From an uncultured Actinomycetota bacterium (GTDB lineage: Bacteria; Actinomycetota; Actinomycetes; Mycobacteriales; Mycobacteriaceae), in assembly GCA_963787635.1 (NCBI GenBank), contig CAWBDP010000009.1, positions 397,768-461,767 on the forward strand: a DNA stretch of 64,000 nucleotides. Direction: 5' to 3'. This document shows positions 22,297 through 32,405 of this stretch, piece after piece. Below the pieces are notes generated by a model, which ran no database searches, was not told the origin of the DNA, and worked only from the letters and a program-made list of their open reading frames with translations. Position 1 is the first letter of the stretch. Each line of letters starts with the position of its first letter. A program made the translations under genes and the position numbers.

Positions 22297-22312
22297 CCGA
22301 ACGGTTGTTCGA
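22297..22312 (-). promoter_or_regulatory. LexA SOS box upstream of ruvC
   Basis: TCGAAC-AACC-GTTCGG, 11/12 match to mycobacterial TCGAAC-N4-GTTCGA, directly after the -10. Confidence 0.85.
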
Positions 22313-22313
22313 T

Positions 22314-22336
22314 AGCTTACTGGCCGGCGCTGACAT
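22314..22336 (-). promoter_or_regulatory. RecA-NDp / PafBC-type DNA-damage promoter of ruvCAB
   Basis: aTGTCAgcg-ccggccag(8)-TAAGCT fits tTGTCRgtg-N8-TAnnnT. Confidence 0.75.
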
Positions 22337-22420
22337 GGCCGGACAGGACACGCGGTGACCTGGGTGGGGTTGGCGACGCTCCCCACCGCCATCATGTGAC
22401 TTCGGCTCCCGGGCCGTTGG

Positions 22421-22852
22421 TCACACGGCCAGCGGATTTATCCAACGCACGCCGGGAAACCGCATGAAATCTGTATCCGCAGAGGCAATTTCGACTCCAT
22501 GCTCGATAGCAAGGGCGGCCAGCTGCGCATCAGGGACGAGATTGCCGGTGATTTCGACCTGTGCGCATAGCCTTGCATAAATCCTTGCGGTGGTCTCCGT
22601 GGCAGGCGGGATCCAGACCACGGGAACCGCCAGCCAGTCTTCTATGTATCTCCACGCGTCCAAAGCTGACAGCGGGTTCGCGGTGACTCGGGGATGCGTG
22701 ACGATTCGCAGGAACGCGCCAATTGTCTGCCAGGGCAGCCCAACTCGGGTATCTGCGTCGAGTTGTTCCTGCAGCCAGGCCGCTGCCGTCACGTTATGGC
22801 GGCTGTCTTCGTCGATCGCATACAGCAGCAGGTTTGCGTCAACGATCATCAT
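22421..22852 (-). CDS. vapC: VapC PIN-domain toxin
   Basis: [33 protein letters not shown] acidic PIN motifs. Confidence 0.93.
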   Translation of the reverse strand: MMIVDANLLLYAIDEDSRHNVTAAAWLQEQLDADTRVGLPWQTIGAFLRIVTHPRVTANPLSALDAWRYIEDWLAVPVVWIPPATETTARIYARLCAQVEITGNLVPDAQLAALAIEHGVEIASADTDFMRFPGVRWINPLAV

Positions 22853-23068
22853 CGATCAGATCAAGCACGTCGGCGACGTTGGTGACGTCCACCTTCAGGC
22901 CGATCTTCGCGGTCCGGTGCTGGTATTTGACGGCCTCGGGGGTTTGGCGCCTTGGGTCATCCCGCGCCGCGCCAGCAGATTCAGCGCCTCGCTAAGGCCC
23001 ATCCCGGCACGGCGAAGACGTTCGATCTCGGCAGCCACATCGCTGTCGATCACCACCGTCGTTCGCAT
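22839..23068 (-). CDS. vapB: VapB antitoxin (RHH-type), 1-bp frameshift in G5 run at 22938-22942
   Basis: MRTTVVIDSDV..GLSEALNLLARRG. Adding one base extends it to ..[17 protein letters not shown], overlapping the vapC start. Confidence 0.82.
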
Positions 23069-23110
23069 GACTGTCATGTTACCAAGTGCGCATCACCGCG
23101 TGTGGCTACG

Positions 23111-23124
23111 TGCATCATGATGCA
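23111..23124. promoter_or_regulatory. Perfect 14-bp palindrome, candidate VapBC operator
   Basis: TGCATCATGATGCA about 43 bp upstream of vapB; TAACAT -10-like hexamer at 23076-23081 (minus strand). Confidence 0.45.
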
Positions 23125-23340
23125 GAACACGGATGCTACAAATGTTCCCGCTCGAGATTTGCCGGGCCCGAGCACATTCTGATGCGCCCGCCAGAAGACG
23201 TCGCGTTGGCGAACACCTCGCTGTCGCCGAGCGCATCGTCGTACCGCGCCGAAGCTGGGAAAAAGCTGTTAAGTTGAACCGCACCAAAACCGCATCATCG
23301 ATCAAACGCGGCGCAGTCATGCGGGGACAGAAGGGTTGGC

Positions 23341-23952
23341 ATGGGTATCGCGCTGGTTGTGTTGGGCTGCCTGCTGCTGGCGGCCGCGCTGGTCGTGCTG
23401 TTCGTGGCACTCCGGCGGCCTAAGACACCTCAGCAGGCCGGCGGACGTCAGGATCCGTTGTCGTTCAACGCGATGCCGCAGTTCGGGCCGCGACAGCTGG
23501 GCCCCGGAGCAATCGTCAGCTTCGGCGGCGTCGACTATGTGGTCCGCGGGTCGGTCACCTACCGCGAGGGTCCGTTCGTGTGGTGGGAGCACCTGTTGGA
23601 AGGCGGGGACGAGCCGGTCTGGTTCAGCGTCGAAGAAGACGACGGCCGCCTGGAACTGGCGATGTGGTTCAAGGACCGCCAAGATCTCGAACTGCAGCCC
23701 GGCGGCGAGCACGTGATCGACGGTGTGACCTACCGCGAAGTCGAGCATGGTCATGCCGGCTACACCACCGAAGGCACGACGGGCCTGCCGGCCGGCGGCG
23801 ACATGGATTTCGTCGACTACGCCAGCGTCGACAAGTCCGCGCTGCTGTCCTTCGAGCGCTGGGCGCCGGGCACGCCGTGGGAGATTTCCACGGGCAAGCC
23901 GGTGCTCAGCGGCGAACTCACCGTCTACCCCGCCCCGCCGGCTGGCGCGTAA
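23341..23952 (+). CDS. DUF4178 domain membrane-anchored protein (Rv2597-like)
   Basis: N-terminal TM helix; LGPGAIVS..DYVVRGS..WWEHLL; synteny. Confidence 0.85.
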   Translation: MGIALVVLGCLLLAAALVVLFVALRRPKTPQQAGGRQDPLSFNAMPQFGPRQLGPGAIVSFGGVDYVVRGSVTYREGPFVWWEHLLEGGDEPVWFSVEEDDGRLELAMWFKDRQDLELQPGGEHVIDGVTYREVEHGHAGYTTEGTTGLPAGGDMDFVDYASVDKSALLSFERWAPGTPWEISTGKPVLSGELTVYPAPPAGA

Positions 23953-23959
23953 GGAGCCG

Positions 23960-24400
23960 ATGGCGTCCATGAGCCGAAACCGCCTCTTCGTGGTCGCCGG
24001 CCTATTGGCGGCCGCCGGCGCGGTATTCCTTGGCTTCGGAACGTCGTTGATGAGCAAGGACATTCGCTCCTATGTGGCCGGGCACTACCAAGAGTATTCC
24101 CGCGATGTCAACGGAAAGCGCTACGTCTGCACCGGATCACCCAGACAAGTGGCCGACACACTTGCCGGCTATCAGCGCCCCGCGGCACGCGCGAACAACG
24201 CCGGCACCCAATACCTGCGTTACGACAACGCGATCGTCTCCGTCGGCCCCGACGGAACCCGACCGTGCAGCATCCGGGTCGAGGACCTCAGCGCCGGATA
24301 CAACCACGGCGCGTTCATCTTCCTTGGGCCCGGCTTCTATCCGGGAGCTCCCTCCGGCGGCGCCGGGGGCAGCCCCGGCGGCCCGGGCGGAACCAAATGA
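23960..24400 (+). CDS. DUF4247 domain protein (Rv2599-like)
   Basis: AAGGAG RBS; MSRNRLFVVAG..; Gly-rich C-terminus GGAGGSPGGPGGTK. Confidence 0.8.
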   Translation: MASMSRNRLFVVAGLLAAAGAVFLGFGTSLMSKDIRSYVAGHYQEYSRDVNGKRYVCTGSPRQVADTLAGYQRPAARANNAGTQYLRYDNAIVSVGPDGTRPCSIRVEDLSAGYNHGAFIFLGPGFYPGAPSGGAGGSPGGPGGTK

Positions 24401-24441
24401 CACCTCACCGAACGTAGGCAAACGAAGCAAAGGAGTTAGTC

Positions 24442-24897
24442 ATGTATTTAGCCCTCGAGTTGGGAAGCATCGACCTCAGTCCCATCGTCAAGGGCGCGGT
24501 CGCCACCATCCTGTACTTTCTGGTCGGCATGGGTGTCCTGGTGCTGGGCTTCGTGATGGTCGATGTGCTGACGCCGGGCAAGCTGCGCCAACTGGTGTTC
24601 GTCGATCGTCGTCCCAACGCCGTCATGCTGGCCTGCGCGATGTATATCGCGCTGGCCACCGTCATCATCAGCGCCATCGTCAACAGCTACAGTCAGCTTG
24701 GTCAGGGACTGCTCGGTGTTGCGGTGTACGGCCTGATGGGCGTCATCCTGCAAGGGATCGCGCTGCTGACGCTGCATCTGGTGATACCGGGCAACTTTCA
24801 TGAGCACGTCGACGAGCCCGAGCTGCATCCGGCGGCGTTCGCCACCGCCGTGATGCTGCTGGCTGTGGGAGGGGTGACTGCCGCCGCGCTCTCATGA
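24442..24897 (+). CDS. DUF350 membrane protein (Rv2600-like)
   Basis: [19 protein letters not shown]; 4 TM helices; precedes speE. Confidence 0.85.
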   Translation: MYLALELGSIDLSPIVKGAVATILYFLVGMGVLVLGFVMVDVLTPGKLRQLVFVDRRPNAVMLACAMYIALATVIISAIVNSYSQLGQGLLGVAVYGLMGVILQGIALLTLHLVIPGNFHEHVDEPELHPAAFATAVMLLAVGGVTAAALS

Positions 24898-26468
24898 CGG
24901 CCACCGATCAGCAAGCACCGGCACCGGTAACGCTTTCGCCCACGACGCGCTGGCGGGCACTGCTGCTGGCGGCTGTTGCGACGTGCGCGGCGTGCGGCAT
25001 CGTGTACGAGCTTGCGCTGCTGACGCTTTCGGTGAGCCTCAACGGCGGCGGAATCGTCGCGACGTCGCTGATCGTCGCGGGCTACATCGCCGCGCTGGGA
25101 GCCGGCGCCCTGTTCGTCAAGCCGCTGTTGGCCAGGGCCGCAATCGCTTTCATCGTCGTCGAGGCGTTGCTGGGCATCATCGGCGGCTTGTCCGCCGCGG
25201 CCCTGTACGTGATGTTCGCCTTCATCGGCAGCTCACTGTGGGTACTGGCCATCGGAACCGCCCTGATCGGCGGTCTGGTCGGCGCCGAGGTGCCCCTGTT
25301 AATGACGCTGCTGCAGCGTGGCCGCCAGGCCGACCCTACCGCTGCCGGCCGAATACTGGCCAACCTCAACGCCGCTGACTACCTCGGGGCGTTGATCGGC
25401 GGGCTGGTCTGGCCGTTCGCCCTGCTGCCGCATCTAGGCATGATCCGGGGCGCGGCGGCTACCGGAATCGTCAACCTGGTCGCGGCGGCCTTGCTGGCGA
25501 TCTTCCTGCTGCGACACGTCGTTTCCACCCGTGCGCTGGCCACCGCGCTGTGTGCGCTGGCGGCGGCGCTGGCCCTGCTGGCCACGTTGCTAGTGCGCGC
25601 GCATGCCATCGAAATCTCAAGCAGACAACGGCTTTACGCCGACCCGATCATCAGCTACCGGCAAAGCCCCTACCAGGAAATCGTGGTGACGCGGCGCGGC
25701 AACGACATGCGCCTGTACCTCGACGGAGGTCTGCAGTTTTCCACCCGAGACGAGTACCGCTACACCGAAAGCCTGGTCTACCCCGCGCTGGGCACTTGCA
25801 CCCACTCGGTGCTGGTGCTGGGCGGCGGTGACGGCTTGGCGGCCCGCGAACTGCTCCGCCAACCCGGCGTCGAGAAGATCGTGCAGGTCGAGATGGACTC
25901 CGCCGTCATCGAATTGGCGCGCACCACCTTGCGCGACACCAACGCCAGTGCATTGGACAACCCGCGCGTCAACATCGTGATCGACGACGCGATGCGATGG
26001 TTACGCCGCCCCGGGGTCATCCCGCCCGGGGGCTTCGGCACCGTTGTCGTCGACCTGCCCGACCCCGACACACCCGTGCTGGGACGGCTGTACTCGACCG
26101 AGTTCTACACGCTCGTCGCGCATGCGCTGGCACCCGACGGGCTCGTCGTAGTGCAGGCGGGGAGCCCGTTTTCCACCCCGACCGCATTCTGGCGCACGGT
26201 CTCGACCATCCGGACCGCCGGCTATGCGGTTACGCCCTACCACGTGCATGTGCCCACCTTCGGCGACTGGGGATTCGCACTGGCGCGCCGCGGTGACACC
26301 TCCCCCAGACCCGTCGTGCCGGCGAATGCGCCTCGGCTGCGATTCCTCAATCAGCAGGTGCTCGACGCCGCCACCGTGTTCTCCGACGACATTGCGCCCC
26401 GCACGCTGGAACCCTCGACCCTGGAACATCCGCGCGTCGTCGAAGACATGCGCCACGGGTATGACTAG
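24894..26468 (+). CDS. speE: Membrane-fused polyamine aminopropyltransferase (spermidine synthase-like)
   Basis: 7-TM N-terminus; [49 protein letters not shown]. Confidence 0.92.
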   Translation: MTATDQQAPAPVTLSPTTRWRALLLAAVATCAACGIVYELALLTLSVSLNGGGIVATSLIVAGYIAALGAGALFVKPLLARAAIAFIVVEALLGIIGGLSAAALYVMFAFIGSSLWVLAIGTALIGGLVGAEVPLLMTLLQRGRQADPTAAGRILANLNAADYLGALIGGLVWPFALLPHLGMIRGAAATGIVNLVAAALLAIFLLRHVVSTRALATALCALAAALALLATLLVRAHAIEISSRQRLYADPIISYRQSPYQEIVVTRRGNDMRLYLDGGLQFSTRDEYRYTESLVYPALGTCTHSVLVLGGGDGLAARELLRQPGVEKIVQVEMDSAVIELARTTLRDTNASALDNPRVNIVIDDAMRWLRRPGVIPPGGFGTVVVDLPDPDTPVLGRLYSTEFYTLVAHALAPDGLVVVQAGSPFSTPTAFWRTVSTIRTAGYAVTPYHVHVPTFGDWGFALARRGDTSPRPVVPANAPRLRFLNQQVLDAATVFSDDIAPRTLEPSTLEHPRVVEDMRHGYD

Positions 26469-26591
26469 TTGCACTGACCAAAGAGAGGTTAGCTACGCGG
26501 CTGGCGGGTGGTTGGTCGCCGAGTGCGGTGCAGCGGTCGGGGCACAGCGTCGTAGCGGGGCCGCGGCTCGGCCGGGCACCTCTAAGTGCCC

Positions 26592-26640
26592 GCCTCGTAG
26601 CGACAACGTCGCCGTGGTCAGGCCGTTGTCGCTACGAGGC
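26592..26640. terminator. Perfect 17-bp inverted repeat between convergent speE and yebC
   Basis: gcctcgtagcgacaacg (26592-26608) / cgttgtcgctacgaggc (26624-26640), 15-nt loop. Confidence 0.7.
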
Positions 26641-26692
26641 AGGCAATAACCTATCCTCCGGCCTTTCGGTTACTGAAGTGACTGCCGAGGCG

Positions 26693-27445
26693 TCACTCGT
26701 CCAAAGCGGACAGCACCTCGTCGGACACGTCGACATTGGTCCAGACGTTTTGCACATCATCGCTATCCTCCAGCGCATCAACGAGTTTGAACACCTTACG
26801 GGCCCCGTCGACGTCGAGGGAAACGGTGACCGACGGCTGAAAGCCAGCCTCTGCGGAGTCATAGTCGATTCCGGCGTCCTGCAACGCGGTCCGCACCGCC
26901 ACCAGATCGCCGGGCTCGGACACCACTTCGAAGCTGTCGCCCAGGTCGTTGACGTCCTCGGCGCCGGCGTCGAGCACCGCGATCAGCACGTCGTCCTCGG
27001 TTAACCCATCCTTCTCCAAGGTGACCACACCCTTGCGGGAGAACAGATAGGACACCGAGCCGGGGTCGGCCATGTTGCCGCCGTTGCGGGTCATCGCGAC
27101 CCGCACCTCGCTGGCGGCGCGGTTGCGGTTGTCGGTCAGGCACTCGATGAGCACCGCTACCCCATTGGGCCCGTAACCCTCGTAGGTGATGGTTTGCCAG
27201 TCAGCGCCGCCGGCTTCTTCACCGGCGCCGCGTTTGCGGGCCTTTTCGATGTTGTCGTTGGGCACCGAGCTCTTCTTGGCTTTCTGGATCGCGTCATACA
27301 GCGTCGGGTTGCCAGCCGGGTCGCCGCCACCGACGCGGGCCGCGACCTCGATGTTCTTGATCAGCCGGGCGAACATCTTGCCGCGGCGAGCGTCGACGAC
27401 GGCCTTCTTGTGCTTGGTGGTGGCCCACTTGGAATGGCCGCTCAT
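26693..27445 (-). CDS. yebC: YebC/PmpR family protein (Rv2603c)
   Basis: [35 protein letters not shown]. Confidence 0.96.
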   Translation of the reverse strand: MSGHSKWATTKHKKAVVDARRGKMFARLIKNIEVAARVGGGDPAGNPTLYDAIQKAKKSSVPNDNIEKARKRGAGEEAGGADWQTITYEGYGPNGVAVLIECLTDNRNRAASEVRVAMTRNGGNMADPGSVSYLFSRKGVVTLEKDGLTEDDVLIAVLDAGAEDVNDLGDSFEVVSEPGDLVAVRTALQDAGIDYDSAEAGFQPSVTVSLDVDGARKVFKLVDALEDSDDVQNVWTNVDVSDEVLSALDE

Positions 27446-27683
27446 GGAAGTCCTAGCCGTCCTATCTGAATTCCTGTGCTTCTTTCGTGGCCAGACGAGT
27501 CTACGTGGACGGCGGGTAGCGATCGTTTCGGCGCTGCACGGGACCGCCGTGAGCACACCTCGATATCGTCGTCACGGCGGCGTCGGCAATGGCCTGATCA
27601 CCGGTGTCCTACGGATGCCGATGCAGCTCAGATGATCCGGCGAGGTCGCCCCCGAATCCGGACGCGCACGCTACCATCGCCGC

Positions 27684-28385
27684 ATGTCTCATTCGTCTCC
27701 CACTGAGCCCTATCCTGAGGATGGTATGGAATCTGACCCTGATGCCACCGTTGAATCTGAGCTCGCGGACTCAGCGCCGAGCGAGTCAACGCGCACTGAG
27801 TCAGTGCCTACTTCTGAGTCAATGCCCACTCAGTCGACGCCCACTGAGTCAATACCCACCGAGTCGGCGCGCAGGAAAAGCACCAAAAATCGCGGCAAGA
27901 AACGTCCCCCCGCCACCAAAAGGCGCAGGGAAATTTCAAGCCGGCAGATGCTGACGGCCGCGGCAATTGTTGTGATCGTGTCGGCACTCGCCGCCGGCGC
28001 GTGGTTTTACTGGGCGGGTAACACGAAGTTCAAAGACGAAGAAACCACACTGGCAAAAACAAACGTGTGCAGTGCCTACACAGTGGTGCGCGACGCGGTG
28101 GCGGCCAATTCGAACTTCAAAATCGCCAAGGGTGACGTGGCTGCGTTATACGGGGCGCGGGCAAACATTCGCCTGGCGCTTTTGGGCAGCGGCCTGTACC
28201 TGCACGACCGGGTCGCCCAAGAACCGGCCGCTCCAGCCGATCTTGTCAAAGCCGCTAATTCCCTCGCCAAGACCATCGACGAACTGGGAATCAACGACCT
28301 TGCGAACCGCGACAACGTCGCCCAGGCTCCGTTGCGCGAAGATCTCAATTCCGAGATCGTCCAATTGAACTCGTTGTGCAAGTAG
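27684..28385 (+). CDS. Hypothetical single-TM protein with acidic TES-x-P repeat N-terminus
   Basis: Open 233-aa ORF; 15-bp repeats at about 27795-27872; basic stretch, TM helix, then a helical domain with 2 Cys. Confidence 0.72.
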   Translation: MSHSSPTEPYPEDGMESDPDATVESELADSAPSESTRTESVPTSESMPTQSTPTESIPTESARRKSTKNRGKKRPPATKRRREISSRQMLTAAAIVVIVSALAAGAWFYWAGNTKFKDEETTLAKTNVCSAYTVVRDAVAANSNFKIAKGDVAALYGARANIRLALLGSGLYLHDRVAQEPAAPADLVKAANSLAKTIDELGINDLANRDNVAQAPLREDLNSEIVQLNSLCK

Positions 28386-28571
28386 TCGATTGCGCGCGGT
28401 TGAATGACGGCGCCGAGTGTCTTGCTCCAACGCCCGTCGGATGCTGATGTGGCAGCCGCAAAGGAGGCCGACCTCGAAAATGCGGCCGGAAACTCTGCAA
28501 ATCGTTGTGGCGTCTGGATTTTCTGGCGATGGCCCTGAACGCAAGCTGACGTCGGAAGGCGGGGGGACGAC

Positions 28572-29198
28572 ATGGCTGATCCAGGTAATCTAGATCCTCA
28601 CGCCCCGCAGCGTCAGGCGCCGATGCGGTCGGCTGATCCTCCTGATTCGCGCTCCAGGAAGGCCATAATGGTGCCACTTGCCATAGCGGGAGCTGGCCTA
28701 GTCCTGTTTTTAGCTGGATGGCTGATCAGCCACACGGAATCTCGCGGGATGGTGCACAACGTCGGCCTTTGCATGATACTGCTAGCCATCATACTTTTTC
28801 CCGTTGCGCTGTTTGTTCATTTCTTTCTGGCATCTAAAGAAGATAAACGCCGCTCGCCAAATCTCACAGCGCGTCCCCCTGACCCGGTGGGATACACACA
28901 TGCGGGAGAACCGATCTACCCCGTAGTTGGATACACGCCCGACGGCGTGGCTGTTACCGCAGATCGCATGGCGCGGCGTGATACAGCGAATTCCGAGTAC
29001 AATACAATGGCAATTCTCGCACTCGTGTTTGCTTTTCTCGTTCCAATACTCGCTATTCCTTTTGGTCTGATATCGCTGTCACAGATTGGGCGAACTCGCG
29101 AAAAAGGCGCCACCATGGCGATGGTGGGGTTGCTGTTAGGGTCTGCCGCTGTGGTAGTCGGCATTGTCGGCATTGCAATGCTCGTTAATACCAAGTAA
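28572..29198 (+). CDS. DUF4190-domain membrane protein
   Basis: C-terminal NTMAILALVFAFL..FGLISLSQI..KGATMAMVGLLLG; two extra N-terminal TM helices; visibly lower GC. Confidence 0.75.
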   Translation: MADPGNLDPHAPQRQAPMRSADPPDSRSRKAIMVPLAIAGAGLVLFLAGWLISHTESRGMVHNVGLCMILLAIILFPVALFVHFFLASKEDKRRSPNLTARPPDPVGYTHAGEPIYPVVGYTPDGVAVTADRMARRDTANSEYNTMAILALVFAFLVPILAIPFGLISLSQIGRTREKGATMAMVGLLLGSAAVVVGIVGIAMLVNTK

Positions 29199-29303
29199 GC
29201 GTCGACTAGGCCACGCCGGCTAACACTGCCCGCCGAACCACCTGCACGGCACCTGCCCAGCGACACGGGTCGCGGCTGAGGTCGCCGATCGGCGCTATCG
29301 CAC

Positions 29304-29918
29304 TTAGCCAGGTTTGATCCACCGCCACTGCGTCGACCACCACGGGTCGGGCGTCGGGCAAGGTGTCGGTCACCGCGCCCACCACCCCGGGCCATGCTTC
29401 GGCGTGGTAATCGTCGCCGGATAACCAGCCTCCCGGCTGAACCTTCGGAGCCCAGGCGCTGATGTCGGCTACGACGCTGTCGTAATCGTGGCGGGCGTCG
29501 ATATGCACCCAGGCCAGCGCGTTGTCCGCGAACAGCCCGGCGGCAGCCACCGAATCGCTGATCACCAGTTGGATGGTGTCGCGAAACCGCAACCAATGAT
29601 GTTGCGGTGTAACAGCCCGGCGAACGTCCCCCCGCCGTGGGCCACCGCGGATCCGTGCGCGTCGATCTCGCCGCGGCCTTCCGGTCCGCTGCCCCGAGCG
29701 GTGTCGACGCCGATGATTCTGGTCGTGCGATGAGAGCCGCGCACCACCTCGGCCAACGAGCAGATGCTGCGCCCCAGATAGCACCCCACCTCGACGAACC
29801 AACTGCCGTCGGGAAAGTGCGCCGCGGCTTCCTCTTGATGGCGACGCCACTGAAACCAGCCCGGAATGTCGCGCCAGGCTGTGGACCGATTTATCGAACT
29901 TACTGGTCCGATCGTCAC
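29304..29918 (-). CDS. Class I SAM-dependent methyltransferase (Methyltransf_24-like), frameshifted near 29583 and probably near 29343
   Basis: [23 protein letters not shown], then in a second frame [34 protein letters not shown]. End is 29304 (..QWRWIKPG*) or 29206. Confidence 0.75.
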
Positions 29919-30512
29919 GTCTCGGCCGATCCGACCGATCTCGACGAACAACCGGTGAATGCGCCGGTCGCCGGTCATCTCCGGGTGAAACGCCGTCGCC
30001 AAAACCCGGCCCTGCCGCACCGCGACCACGTGACCGGCCGCGCGGGCCAGCACCTCCACACCCGGTCCGGTCCGCTCTACCCACGGCGCACGGATGAACA
30101 CCGCATGCACCGGGTCGTCCAGACCGGCAAACGTCAAATCTCCTTCAAACGAATCGACCTGGCGTCCGAAAGCGTTGCGCCGCACCGTCATATCGATGGC
30201 GCCCAGCGGGACCGCCGCCCGGCCGCCGGCCCCGGCGTCCAGGATCTCGTCGGCCAGCAGGATCATGCCGGCACACGCGCCGTAGGCCGGCAACCCGTCG
30301 GCCAACCGCTCACGCAGCGGCTCCAGCAACGACAGCTCAAGCAGCAGATGGCTCATCGTCGTCGACTCCCCACCGGGAATGACCAGGCCGTCCACCGCAT
30401 CGAGCTCCGCAAGAACCCGCACCGGCACGGCGTCGGCACCGACCTCACGCAACGCCGCCAGGTGTTCGCGGGCGTCGCCCTGCAGCGCCAGCACCCCGAT
30501 TCGGGGGCTCAC
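29915..30512 (-). CDS. pdxT: PLP synthase glutaminase subunit PdxT (apparent 1-bp insertion near 29936 runs it into the methyltransferase)
   Basis: [49 protein letters not shown]. Confidence 0.93.
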
Positions 30513-30520
30513 TGTCACTT

Positions 30521-31357
30521 TCAAGGCCGGAAGTCGCGCGGAAACCGGGTCAGGCCCTCCTGCATGACCGCGGCGACCATCTCGCCGGACCGGGTGTAGA
30601 TCTTGCCCTGGCACAGCGCCCGACCGGCGCAGGCCGACGGCGAGGACTGGTCGTAGAGCAACCACTCGTCGGCCCGGAACATCCGCATGAACCACATCGC
30701 GTGATCCAGCGACGCCACCTGCAGATGCGCGCGCTCCTCGAGATGCGTGACCTGCGCTGACCCCAGCAACGTCAGATCGCTCATGTAGGCCAGCGCGCAG
30801 ATATGCAGCACCGGGTCGTCGGGCAGCGGATCATGGTGCCGAAACCACACCTGCTGCTGGGAGGCCTTGCCGGGCACCGGCTGCAAGCTGTCGCGCGGCA
30901 CGATCCGGACGTCCCATTCCTCGAACTGCCGGAATCCGGCGTCGTCGAACACCTTGATCGACCTCAGCCCCGGCAGGCCGTTCGGCGGCGGCGCAGTCGG
31001 CATGACGTCCTGGTGGTTGATGCCGTCCTGGTCGGTCTGGAACGACGCCGACATGGAGAAGATGGTCTCGCCGTGCTGCACAGCATTGACCCGCCTGGTG
31101 CAGAACGAGCCGCCGTCGCGGAGGCGCTCCACCAGAAAAACCGTGGGCGCCTGGGCATCTCCGGGCCGGAGGAAGTACCCGTGCAGCGAGTGCACCAGGT
31201 AGTGCGGCTCGACGGTGCGCACCGCCGACACCAGCGACTGGCCCGCCACGTGACCACCGAATGTTCGCTGCAGGAAACCCGATTCCGGGCTGAACACGCT
31301 ACCGCGGTAGATGTTGACCTCGAGTTGTTCGAGATCAAGGATCTCTTCGATCGCCAC
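30521..31357 (-). CDS. tesB: Acyl-CoA thioesterase II
   Basis: [47 protein letters not shown]. Confidence 0.95.
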   Translation of the reverse strand: MAIEEILDLEQLEVNIYRGSVFSPESGFLQRTFGGHVAGQSLVSAVRTVEPHYLVHSLHGYFLRPGDAQAPTVFLVERLRDGGSFCTRRVNAVQHGETIFSMSASFQTDQDGINHQDVMPTAPPPNGLPGLRSIKVFDDAGFRQFEEWDVRIVPRDSLQPVPGKASQQQVWFRHHDPLPDDPVLHICALAYMSDLTLLGSAQVTHLEERAHLQVASLDHAMWFMRMFRADEWLLYDQSSPSACAGRALCQGKIYTRSGEMVAAVMQEGLTRFPRDFRP

Positions 31358-31399
31358 GCTATGACCGTCTGCTCTTCGCGTGAGCGCTCATCGCTGTTC

Positions 31400-32317
31400 T
31401 TACCAGCCGCGTTCGGCCAGGCGATGAGGCGCGGCGATCTCCTCCACATTGATGCCTACCATCGGCTCGCCCAGGCCGCGGGACACCCTGGCCAGCACGT
31501 CGGGGTCGTCGTAGAACGTGGTCGCCTTGACAATCGCGGCGGCCCGGCCGGCCGGATCGCCGGATTTGAAGATGCCCGACCCGACGAAGACGCCCTCTGC
31601 CCCCAGCTGCATCATCAGCGCGGCGTCGGCCGGGGTAGCGATGCCGCCGGCGGTGAACAGCGTCACCGGCAGCTTGCCGGCCCGGGCCACTTCCACGACC
31701 AACTCGTAAGGTGCGGCGAGTTCCTTTGCCGCGACGTACAACTCGTCCTCGGACATCGACGACAACCGGCGGACTTCGCCGCCGATGGCACGCATGTGCG
31801 TGGTGGCGTTGGAGACGTCACCGGTGCCGGCTTCGCCCTTGGAGCGGATCATTGCTGCGCCCTCGTTGATCCGCCGTAACGCCTCGCCGAGGTTGGTCGC
31901 ACCGCACACGAACGGCACGGTGAACTTCCATTTGTCGATGTGGTGGGTGTAGTCGGCGGGGGTCAGCACTTCGGATTCGTCGACGTAGTCCACGCCCAGG
32001 CTCTGCAGGATCTGCGCTTCCACGAAATGCCCGATGCGTGCTTTGGCCATCACCGGAATGGTGACCGCCTCGATGATGCCCTCGATCATGTCGGGGTCGC
32101 TCATCCGCGACACGCCGCCCTGGGCCCGGATGTCGGCGGGCACCCGTTCCAGCGCCATCACCGCCACCGCGCCGGCGCCCTCGGCGATGCGGGCCTGCTC
32201 GGGGGTGACGACGTCCATGATGACGCCGCCCTTGAGCATCTCGGCCATCCCGCGTTTGACCCGGGCCGTTCCGGTCTGCCCGCTGCCGGCAACGCCGTTG
32301 GATGCGGCGGTATCCAC
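31400..32317 (-). CDS. pdxS: PLP synthase subunit PdxS
   Basis: [43 protein letters not shown]. Confidence 0.97.
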   Translation of the reverse strand: MDTAASNGVAGSGQTGTARVKRGMAEMLKGGVIMDVVTPEQARIAEGAGAVAVMALERVPADIRAQGGVSRMSDPDMIEGIIEAVTIPVMAKARIGHFVEAQILQSLGVDYVDESEVLTPADYTHHIDKWKFTVPFVCGATNLGEALRRINEGAAMIRSKGEAGTGDVSNATTHMRAIGGEVRRLSSMSEDELYVAAKELAAPYELVVEVARAGKLPVTLFTAGGIATPADAALMMQLGAEGVFVGSGIFKSGDPAGRAAAIVKATTFYDDPDVLARVSRGLGEPMVGINVEEIAAPHRLAERGW

Positions 32318-32405
32318 TACTGATCTCCTTCAACTGGTCTCGATCCAGTCTAGAGGGGACTGCCAAACCGATTTTTGCGGTGGACGCCTCTCCCCCGCGA
32401 GCAGG

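Noticed and set aside
23133-23423. Small ORFs between vapB and the DUF4178 gene (possible gene remnant)
   Set aside because: No recognisable motif or RBS, and they overlap the next gene's start.
29562-30512. Apparent in-frame PdxT-methyltransferase fusion protein
   Set aside because: Removing one G in gagatcggtcgga (about 29936) gives a normal-length PdxT ending EIVGSAET* whose TGA overlaps the methyltransferase GTG. With other indels in the window, the fusion is most likely an artefact.
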